The translations under genes were made by a program, and so were the position numbers. Below, piece by piece: positions 22,184-33,100 of a stretch of 44,141 bases of DNA; the stretch's first letter is position 1; each line of letters opens with the position of its first letter. The notes beneath the pieces were generated by a model. The model did not search any database. It was not told the origin of the DNA and worked only from the letters and a program-made list of their open reading frames with translations. The DNA comes from Phoronis australis (taxonomy: Eukaryota > Animalia > Phoronida): contig NMRA01000251.1 in the NCBI GenBank assembly GCA_002633005.1, forward strand, positions 379,901 through 424,041, given 5' to 3'.

Positions 22184-24581
22184 GTGACGTACATGTATAC
22201 AATGTTAATCCTCATAGAATGCCTACTGGGTCCACGTCACTGCGTGGCGTATACAGCGTTACCCCTGGGTCCACGGGAGTGCGTGTCGCATACAGCGTTA
22301 CTCTTCCTAAATGTAGCATTAGGTCAGGGTGAAAAGAAACTTTGGAGCCCAATGGATAATTCCGACCAACACATGCAGTTAGGCCACACCCATGACAGTT
22401 TTCATTGCAAAGCCAATATGGTGGAAAATTTCTGCAAACGCCCTACAGCAGATTCCCATTCTCCTCGATGTATTACAGGTGATATTTCACTGAAACTGTC
22501 AGGCCTGTTGGAAAGGATACGTTATTGTGGGGGAGGCACAACTCGACTTCACCAAACTTTTACTCCCGTGGTCCCAATGCTCAGATTCCCCTATCACCAC
22601 AACTTCCGCCACATCTGGTCATCGTCAGTTTGGTGCCTCCCGCCATAGGCGTGCGGACTGCTGTTTCCCTCCCCCCGAGGAAGCAGCCAGCAGAAATGTG
22701 GGTACCTATATTTCAACAAAATTTCACAAGCAATGGTCGCTGTACACGTTACCTTTGTTACGCCTTTATGATTTCGGCCTTTACAGGAAGTATTTTTATG
22801 AAATTCGTTATAAAGTTGCCAAAAATGTACTGCCCAAATCACTCTTTAGGAGATGTGAAAGTAATGTAAGAACTCCTTCCGCGGGCAGCAAAATTCGGAT
22901 AATTACGAAAAGAAATAGTATCTTTGGAGAGTGGCGGAAAGTCGTCACGGAATATTTCGTTTGTTTCGCCAATTTCTGAGAGCGAAAACGAGACGTGAGG
23001 TCAAGAGTCACTATAATAGCACCCTTTTGTTTGCAATTTACTTTATTCAGGTCGTGCTTTGATGACGAATGGGAATTACGATCCCGGGTACAGTTACCTG
23101 GTACACTCAGTGCCTTAGAGTTCTTTCAAATTCACGTGTTGAGGCGGGCCTGAGAATTTTTTTATTTCTTTATTAAATTCGGGGAAAATGTCAATCATTC
23201 TTTATGAAATAGTCTAAAATTAGACATCGAATATCGATTCGACTGTTCGGAGTCCTTCGTTGCTCGTTTCCGCTTTATATATTAGCATATCCTATTTTAC
23301 TAAGAATCAATGAAAATTTGTGGCGATTTTCTTTTAAGAAGATTTAACAAAAATGTCCTAGAACCCCGCCCTTGAAAATCGGATATCGAGTCTCGAATTT
23401 GACTATTTTACGAATAATTACAGCGTTTTAGCGATTATTTTGAAAAAAAAAATAATAGCAATATCCCAGAACCCACATTTTTTCAACATTGAAACTCTGG
23501 CACTCAAGTTTTGGGTTGTTGTCTCCCAGCGAGGGGGATGGGGCAAATAACGGAATTTCATCAACTTCCGTCAGCATTCACCGAAACGCCAATTTCTTAC
23601 AGTGTTATTTCAGATTTACAAAATCATCTAGTGAGGTTTGCCGTTTGAGATTTCGGTCTGCATCAAAGCTTACTGAACCATTATCAATTTCTTACAAGAT
23701 TAGGTTCTATAGTTATCAAATTTGGCCAACACATATAATAGCAACACAAAAATAGATGCGCACTCAGCACGCCTGTGCATGACTTTTTCAAAACCGGTGT
23801 TTACTGTATGTAATTATAAGCGATTCCCCAGGCACGCGCCCAGGTACTTTGACGGGAATCCGGTAGAGCACGACGAACGGGGTTTTCCACGGAGTCAGTT
23901 GGAGGCTACTGTCCTTCACATAAGCATAATCGATCGTTTCCTCGTTTCGCCCCTCCCAGAAAGAACCTTGTCCGAATATGAAAGTTAAGAAGAGACAGCG
24001 CCCACTCCCGGTCCCTCCAGTACCCTGCTTTCTTTGGTCTGCATGTCCCTTAGAGGAAATTCAGGACAGGTACCATTCTGTAGCACAACTGAATTGGTCT
24101 GCGTAAATTTTGTTGGTGGCCACGGTTTTGTATGGCAATGAAAATACGTGGGTGTAACTGAGTTTATGGTGACGTCATGTTTCCGCCAGTCACGCGTGCT
24201 GTCACCCACGTGCGGTGTTCCATGATGTCTTGTGTTGTTGTCTACTTCACATCAGACACTAATGGGTATGAAGAAAACAAGTTTTCGAAAGTTTTAAAGG
24301 TGAATTTAGCTGAAATGCGCTTGCTAGGGGAGTTTATTCGCATTCATACCCCATATCCAACAGATCATGCTTTGAACTGAACCCTAAAATTATTCCCATG
24401 ACCTCACTTGATTTTTTTAAATAGGATTTTAGCCATTGTGTTCAAAACTCGTCAGCTGAACTGAAAAGTATTTTCAATTAATTGTGCAATGTGAATAATG
24501 TTTTCGCATCCAAGTCTTTCTGTGGTACTGAAAGCATGAATTCTGTTGTGTTCAATATTGGGGAGGAAAATTGGAACTAAG

Positions 24582-24830
24582 CACGCGCGCACCCAGAGGT
24601 GTCGGGGGTCTCGAATGGCCCCCTATTTGGCAAAGTGGGCAAAAAGGTCCGCCAAAGAGAAATAAAAAGTCCGTGAAAATGAGAAAAAAACATCCCCGAA
24701 AAAGGCGCAACACTCAATTCACAGCTCTGAACGTGGTACTCCATTTTTTAAGTCCTCCCGGTTTTTGTACGTAAAAGGTCCACATCGTCAGAAATTCGAG
24801 CCCCCTTATTAAAGGCTGGGTGCGCGCATG
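24582..24830 (+). mobile_element. GC-rich MITE family A, full copy
   Basis: Termini cacgcgcgcacccag / ctgggtgcgcgcatg; flanks actaag / agtaag may be a decayed TSD. Confidence 0.75.
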
Positions 24831-24866
24831 AGTAAGGTATAAGTAAAAACCAAAAGTAAGAACTTA

Positions 24867-26159
24867 CGAGGGTCGTTCAATAAGTTCTAAGCCTCGCCAA
24901 GAAACAGGGACGCAGGTTAAATTTTTTAACACCGTAGTAAAATTTCATCTTTTATAACAGTACTGCGTTCGTGCTGAATTAGTACGGTCAGCTGCCGCTA
25001 AGTGGCACGGCTTCAAAAAGCAGGCGACAACACATTTAGCACCATAGAGATAACGGAGACGAGAGCCGTCATAAAGTATTTGGGTAAAAAAGGAATGAAA
25101 CCAAAACATATTCATGAAGAGATGCGAAAAATTAAGTGACCCGGAACATACTCCCCGAGCTACTCCCTAGTAGAAAAGTGGTCAGCTTGTTTCAATTAAG
25201 AAGGGTACGTAGAGAATGCCTTGAAGATGGCTCGTCCAGGACGTCCCAAATCATCGACCTCTTCGAAATGTGCAGAAAGTTCATGCAATGGTTGAAAAAC
25301 AGGCGAATGATTGTTCAACATTTGGCAAACACTGCTCGCATCTGAGCAATGGGTCTGTCTCTAAAATTTTGAGTGAAATTTGGGCATGAGTAGGCTTAAG
25401 CTTAGTGCACGATGGGTGCCAAGAATGTTAACTCAGGATCAGAACTGAGCAAACTGCAAATTTCAAAGGAACTTCTAGGAAGATTCCAAGCAGATCCAGC
25501 CAAATTTTCCAGAAGACTTGTAACCCAGCATGAGACATGGGTCCACCACTTTGACCTGGAATCAAAACAACAAAGTAAACAATGGAAGCACGTGGGTTCC
25601 CCTAACCCGAAGTGGCAAGTCGGGTGCCTCTGCGAGCAACATATGGCCTTTGTGTTCTGGGGCAGCGAAGGTATTCTGATGGCCTACTACTTGCAACGAG
25701 GTACTGTTACTGGGAATTACTATGCATCACTTTTGGAATAACTCAATAAAGCAATTAAGGAAAAGAGACGCGGGAAGTTTTGGGATGGAGTGCTGTTGCT
25801 TCAAGACAACGCACCTACCCAAACTCCCTTAGTCATGCGGTGGCGGAAGAAACTAGATTTTGAATCCTTCCGCACCCCGCCTAGGCCTGGCCCCGTCTGA
25901 TTTTTATTTGTTTCCGCATTTGAGGGCCTACCTGCGTGGACTGGACGCCAGCACGTGAGCGATGACGAGTGCAGTGGAGGAGTATTTTGAGGCGGCCGGG
26001 CTCCACAAAAGTTTCTTTTACGAAGGCATTGCAAAACTGGAGCACAGATGGAAGAAATGCATTAATGCAACGGGAGATTATATCGAAAAATACAAGTCAA
26101 AATTAGTTGCTATCGCGTTGTTTTCTGGGTGAGTCCGAGAACTTATTGAACGACCCTCG
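24867..26159 (+). mobile_element. Full-length (1293 bp) mariner DNA transposon, inactivated
   Basis: TA target duplication; TIR cgagggtcgttcaataagttct identical over 22 bp and imperfect beyond; carries mariner transposase remnants. Confidence 0.95.
25044..26090 (+). pseudogene. DD34D mariner transposase pseudogene
   Basis: ETRAVIKYL..KG..PKHIHEEM N-terminus, ARWVPRMLT, VTQHETWVHHFD (first catalytic D replaced by H), LLLQDNAP, LAPSDFYLF, GDYIEK; start codon reads ATA; several frameshifts and stops. Confidence 0.93.
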
Positions 26160-26759
26160 TACTACATGGCATTTAAAGAAAATTTAAAAACTGGGGAGTA
26201 TGATATTTTTGTTTTCCTTGAGTACTGAATAAGGTCATTGTTTTGTCACTGAGTTTAGATTTTTTACAAGTTCTTCCATTGAAGATAGTGGTTGGAAGGC
26301 ACACTAATATTGAACGAGAAAATAGATTATGTCACTTATGTGAACTCAAATGAATGCTGTAGAAGATGAGTTCAGTTTTCATCTGCATCATGGCCGATTC
26401 CTTTGTGTGACTGTCAGCTCTGACCAGCTACCAAAGTATTGTGTACCAACACAAGAGACGTGCTTGACAAGTTTAATCGAGCGTAACTCTATATTAGATG
26501 GTGATAGTGGAAATGTCTTGATTTTTGACACTCCGGCCAGCTGTATTGAGTGCATGGTACACAGCAGTATACGGCCCCCGAGAACGGCGCCGGGGAAGGT
26601 ATAATCAGCAGCTACGATACAGGGTACTTAACCGCGTAGCACCTGATACATTTTGCTCTTCTTTCTGGTGTCTTCCAACAATTAAGTGTGGATATTTGCG
26701 AAAAAGTCATTACCCTGTCTGCAGACTCCTGCCGGACCGGTACACTCATTTGCCCAGTC

Positions 26760-26786
26760 CATAGACATCTTTATGTAATGTCTATG
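26760..26786. mobile_element. 27-bp palindromic micro-insertion with 8-bp TSD
   Basis: gcccagtc|catagacat-ctttatgta-atgtctatg|gcccagtc. Confidence 0.7.
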
Positions 26787-26830
26787 GCCCAGTCGCTCCC
26801 GGCATCAGATGGACCGCTTATTGTCTACAG

Positions 26831-26840
26831 CGCCATCTTT
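26831..26840. promoter_or_regulatory. YY1-like motif upstream of DPH5
   Basis: cgccatcttt matches CGCCATNTT, about 135 bp before the ATG; motif match only. Confidence 0.35.
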
Positions 26841-26969
26841 TACTAAACGAAGAAATGTACGTGTGATACTCTTCGATGAAGAAGGTACGTAACGTTCAAT
26901 ACATGCTGTCCGAGGAAAACTTGGTGAGGTCTGTAAGACTTGAAGTGCAAGAGACATCGTTTTCTGCAA

Positions 26970-27104
26970 ATGTTTTATCTTGTCGGGCTCGGTCTTGGCG
27001 ATGCAAAAGACATCACTGTAAAAGGTTTAGAGATAGTGCGTTCTGCGAAACGTGTGTTTCTCGAGGCTTATACTTCCATTCTAACTATTGGAAAAGACGC
27101 TTTG
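26970..27104 (+). CDS. DPH5: DPH5 coding exon 1
   Basis: ATG TTT TAT...GCT TTG|gtaagt. Confidence 0.96.
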
Positions 27105-30100
27105 GTAAGTGGTTTGTCAATGTCAATGCACAGGCGGCTCAGGGCCAGGCTCAACTTTTGTTCATCCCCAATACTCTATATATAATACTACAACATATGG
27201 CACTTGAGACGAGGAATTTCATAGGTGCCTCACTTCAGCCATCCATATCAAACACAAAACTCAATAAATTTACACAAAACAGGGTTTCAACAAACCATTC
27301 TTTCTTCTAATCTAATACCATTCATGGTGTCCTGCATCAGCTCCTGCGAGATTGCAACAAATTCACGGTCCCATGCGAGTCGGTTCAAGGTCAAGGATGG
27401 TACGGAATTATCCGATGAGTTACAGATAGACGGTAATTGTGGGTTCATCTCTGAAGGTTACGAAATGGTCTGGCTAAGTGTTTAGTTATTAATGTTGTGA
27501 CTTTCCGTACGTGGCAAATCAGCAATTTCCATGGGGCAGACCACTTAGTACGCATTGGCTTTTTGGGAAGATTTTTGTGCTTTGACCACTAATTTGTTGC
27601 TAACTCAGTGGAGCAGGGCACCGTGAATGGTATTAGAAGACAGAACAATGTGATTTGTTGAACCCCTGTTTTTTGTAACATGTATTGAGTTTTGTGTTTG
27701 ATATGGACAGCTGAATTGAAGCTTCCATGGAATTTCTAGGTCTGAGTGTCATACCTTGTAGTATGTATAGTGTATTGGAGACGGTCAGAAACTGGGAACG
27801 CCTGTGGATTAAACCATCAGAGTCACATTGATATGTACCTTTTGCGCATGGAGGGACACCTTACCCTTAGGAGGCCATCGATGTCTTTAATTCCTTACAA
27901 CTTGAACAAATACTCCCGTAGTCAAACTTTTTTTCAATCAGTCCTTCGTTCAGTTACCCAAATTGGCACCCGGCCATTTTTTCTCTGCTCGTGCTTTTGG
28001 GATATCAGAAGTCATATCCCCAAGTTTTCAAAATACAAGATCTCTGTAAAGTGACTATTGCTGAAGTACTCGATGTAAGAAATTGTAATACAAAACTTCT
28101 GGAAAAAGATCTAATTAGTTTTAGCGGATGAATTGTTCACCTGTCTGGGAACTGTTTGTTCAAGCATTCAGTTTGATGGTTTATTTTCTGGTGCACTGTC
28201 CCATCTAGCGAGAATGGCCTGCATTTCTGAGGGTTTGTTTAGTGTCCCGCCACACCACGAAAATGTCCGCTGTTTGACATGTGCAGTGAAATTGACGTAT
28301 TATCATGGTTGTATTTATGAGATTTTCCAAGTGTTTCTGCGATTTTCGTTTTGGCGTAGATTTATATGTCTCGCCTTTAGTTCCAGGTGTCCTGCTTTTT
28401 CATTTTCGACTATTGTTTTTGCTCTGACCAACTATAACGCGTTTCTCCTGACTTGAACAGGAAGGTTACTATGGACGCGAGGTGATACTGGCTGACCGAG
28501 AAATGGTGGAGCAGGACAGTGACGCTTTATTCCAAGATGCCGACACTTGTGATGTTGCTTTTTTAGTCGTAGGTGATCCTTTTGGGTAAGTATGGAATGT
28601 CGTCAATACATTTTGATAGTTTGGAACATTGCCAAAAGGTATTTCCTGAAAAAATGGTCATCCGTGCTTTGTAAAAGTAAATAAGCAAAACATTTACTTT
28701 AAATCGGTATGAATAGATAGAACAAAACGAAACATTAGCACAGGTGCTAGTTACTGATAAAAAATACATGCGTACTGAATTATTTACAGTGGAAATGGAT
28801 ACAGAAAGAACATAAATAACTAATATGTAGACAAGTTTAGTCAGAAACCTAATGATAGTCAAAATGAAAGATACGACACAACGTAGGATACAGTTCTGGC
28901 AGTCACAGTCTTCTCTTAGAAAAGTCGAGATCACGTATTTAAATTTTGTCAGGTCATTGTATCATCTTTTTGATTCAGGCAATATGTTCCACAGAGAGAC
29001 ACCTTTAAATTATGAATTCAATATTTTTGAGGTTGTCTGATATTAAAACCATAAGGGTTAATTTTTGATCGTTCGGAGGGGAATTTTTTTACCTGAGGAG
29101 GGTAATTTTGCGTAATTTTTAATTTTTTGAAAGGGAATGAGGTCAATATTCAGCCCCAATTTCGAGGGATTGAGGGCCTTGTGTACCTTCACTGTTGATG
29201 TAAAAGTTTTTATGAGCTGTTTGGGTATTCACGTCACAATCATTACTGATTCAAAACCCTCAAGACCACGCAGTTGTGAGCTGAGAACTTTTGCGGTAAC
29301 AGTTGACTTGGTGTGATAGATGGTGGTGTGTTGCCTTGTTGTGCTTTGGATGATGACTTCAGTGGCGAATAAACTGGAAGTGACTTGTGAACCCTGGACT
29401 GAGTTTGGTACGCAGCAACTGTGGTCTTAAAGTTTTGTCTTTACAAAAACAAAAGTCTTCTTTTTCAGCGCAACAACACACAGCGATCTTGTTCTCAGGG
29501 CACAAGAGAAGGGCATCCCTTACAAGATAATTCACAACGCATCTATAATGAACGCTATAGGCTGCTGTGGGTTGCAGGTAAGAGTGTAGGCTCACGGGAA
29601 AGTCAGTGGGGCAAAATCTCATCAAAGTAGGACAAAATATGGCCAAGTGAATTTTTAAAAAATTTTCATGAAAGATAAATAACACCAAAGAAATGCTATT
29701 TCGTTCTTAAAGAACTATACTATAGCTTCCATCTGACAATCATTTGTGGGCAACCACATCATTATTGACAGCCTTTGAAAAAAATTAATTTTCATTGGTG
29801 ATGATTTGTGTTCAGAATTGGTGAGAATTTACCATAGCAGTTAAAGTTGTTATGCAACTGCCTTCTGTGGAAAGGTGGCTTGATTTTGATTAGTTTTGAT
29901 TGTGAGATTAGGAGTCGGTGCTCTATGCTTATCTTAATGCCTACTTGCCAAAATGCAACTTTGGGAAAATCCCTGTTTGCTAAGCAAAAACTGGGTCGCC
30001 AAAACTGAGGTGGAGTGTTGACAACCAAAAAAAAAACAAAAAACCTGCTGCCGTCACCATTATTGAAAATTACGCATTCTGTACCTGTTCCATTTGTTCC

Positions 30101-33100
30101 GTAAATATACACGATTTGCTGGGTATTGCAGTATGCATTACTCTTACGCAACACATCGCCGTGTCAGACAATACAAGGCTGCTGTATCTTTCCTCATTTA
30201 ACAGGCCGGGTTAACCGGTGCCGACTTTGCAGTCACTTAAAAGTGTTTGCCCAAGTTCTTAGTTAATTCTTAGAAATCCGAATTGTATTTTGGTTTGCTT
30301 GCTCTTACTCAGTCTAATGGAATTCCAGATTGCAAATGTTCAGAAACACTGGAGTCACGTTCTTCATGCTCAGACCTTGCCTGATTTTTGCTTTCGTATT
30401 TTTATACTTCCTGTTGTCATTTGAGTCCGTGTTTGATATTTGTTGACTGCTGAGGATGGCAAATGCACTGATTTCCTGACATGAACAGAATTGTGAACCT
30501 GAGGAAAAATGTTAATTTAAAGTTTGGAAGTCACCACAAATTCTGAAACGAGTTAAAGGTGATTTATTGCCTGACTTCGTTTGCTACATGCTGTGGTGAC
30601 TTCGGATTTTCTGAGGTTGCCAAATATTATCTGAAGTCTCATTGGATAGCTGCAGGTCTTCAAATCGACCCATGCGAGTGATTCCTGGGCTTGGAAAGGA
30701 TAATGAATGGTCTGATATTACATGCCCGAATTTTGAGAACCAGTTTTCTCCATTGAATAACAGTCAGCAAGCTGGTTCTCAAAATACGGGCAGGTTGTAT
30801 CAGAGTATCGCCCTTGGAAAGAACAGTTCATTGATGCTCGAGACTATGCTCAATCAGTTGGATTGACGTGCTTGTGTTTTTATTCACCAAAAGCAACATA
30901 GACAGATAGTGGAAATCGGATGGTTCTTTGACCAGATACTAGATGTAGTTACTGGTCGCTGACACATGGGCAAATTGGATGGTTCTTACTAGTCGCTGGC
31001 ACATGGGGACTGACAGACCTTTGTTTCTACCATTTCTGCCTTTTACTTTCAGCTCTACTCATTTGGTGAGACTGTCTCTATAGTGTTTTGGACAGATACT
31101 TGGAAGCCTGAAAGTTTTTACGACAAAATAGCAGCCAATAGAAAAAATGGATGGCACACACTTTGCCTTTTAGGTAAGTTTTGATAATTTTGTCATTCGT
31201 GGAACATGTTGATCATTGAAGGTCTTGAACTTCCGAGATATATAAATATGTTATTTGGGAAGCCTACTACTAAGTCTGATTGGATTTGTGTGTTTGCCTG
31301 GTGGTCCCAATGGCTCAGTGGGTTATAGGTGTCTGTGAGCAGAAGGTCCCGGGTTCGAGTCCTCGTGGGGTCAGAAATCTTTTCAGACTTATTTTCATTC
31401 GGTCAAATGATGTGGCCAACAGGTGGCTTTAAGACGAGACTTAAAAATCGTTGTGATAAAACTGTCTTCTTGTTTACTCTTTTTGGAAATTTTGATGAAA
31501 TAAAATTTCACTGTGCTGCCATATTGTGTTCTTATTTGAAGAAAGTTAGTCATAGATCCTATAGTGTTCAATGTTCACAAAATAACATTTGTGTAAGCAT
31601 TCATATTTTGTGTTCTTATTTGAAGAAACTTAGTCGTAGATCCTATAGTGTTCAATGTTCACAAAATAACATTTGTGTAAGCATTCATATTTTGTGTTCT
31701 AATTTGAACAAACTTAGTCGTAGATCCTATAGTGTTCAATGTTCACAAAATAACATTTGTGTAAGCATTCATATTTTGTGTTCTTATTTGAAGAAACTTA
31801 GTCGTAGATCCTAGAGTGTTCAACGGTCACAAAATAACATTTGTGTAAGCATTCATATTTTGTGTTCTTATTTGAAGAAACTTAGTCGTAGTTCCTATAG
31901 TGTTCAACGTTCACAAAAAAACATTTGTGCAAGCATTCATATTTTTATATTTCTTATCACTAAATACCCTCTATCAATTTATTACTTTGCATCCAGACAT
32001 TACAGTGAGCACTTTATTAATAAACACAAAAATAATGGTTTTAGTTACATAACATCACTTGAACATGTGTATCAAAATTTTTCTAAATGCAGAATGAAGA
32101 AAAATTTCTTTATTAATGTGTTTCATAAAATGGAACCAATTAAAACGCAATTTTGTTTTACCTCCTATTCTGTAACTGACTATCATTATGCTAGACCATA
32201 AAACTAAATGTCTCTCGTGTTTCAGATATCAAGATGAAAGAGCAAACAATAGAAAATTTAATGAGGTAATGTTTTCGAAGTCTTAATGGCAAAATGCACC
32301 TGGAAAGTGTATACATTCAAATGAAGCGGGGTATTATAGTTAGAACAGTCAACAACGAAATGTCATTTCATGTGAAATTTTAATGGCCAACATCACTTGC
32401 AGCATGGGTGTATTTTGTCAGATAAACCTAGACTGAGTGCAGCAATGCTTGCAATAGATACTTAGAAACATAACTTTGTATTTAAGCAATCACTTGCATG
32501 TTATATTCACACTACTGTTTCTATGCCCGATGAAGAGCTCTTGATCTTACACAGTATTTGTATGATTACTACTGAGACATGTGATTGTCTAACCAGACAT
32601 TAAAGATAAATTCAGTAGAATTTCCATTCACAGAATTTTGATGTATACCTATGTGTGGCCTGGGCACGTCTGACACAATGTGTACCAAATGAGACTGCCT
32701 ACAATCATTTTTTTATAAGAACTGGGAAGTTGACTTTTTGAAAAGTTGCAAAACACGAAACTTTGACTAAACAAGAAAAAAATGAAAAAGTCAAATTTTT
32801 CTTTGCATTCTAAAAATTACTACTAATGAAGGTCTTATAAAATTTCTCTTTAGACTGTGTTTTGTCTTTTGTCTTGAGTTGTTCAACAGTCAAGCAGTTG
32901 TTATACACTTGCTTTGAGAGTAGTTGATGCAATACGCTTGGTGTTATTTTCAGAGGGAGAAAGATTTATGAACCTCCCAGGTTTATGACAGTCAATCATG
33001 CTGCAGAACAGTTACTGGAGATAATTGACAACAGAAAGAAGTTGAATATAGAAACTGGTTAGTGTGCGGCAAATTGTCCCAATAATTCCATGCCTCATGT

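Noticed and set aside
22121-22979. Long overlapping ORFs (175, 114, 150 aa)
   Set aside because: No recognisable motifs or consistent splice structure; they partly run through a MITE and a minisatellite.
31329-32201. ORFs with a 28-aa Cys-containing repeat, and the array as a CRISPR candidate
   Set aside because: The unit length of 84 bp is divisible by 3, which explains the ORF; units are contiguous with no unique spacers, there are no cas genes, and the context is a eukaryotic intron.
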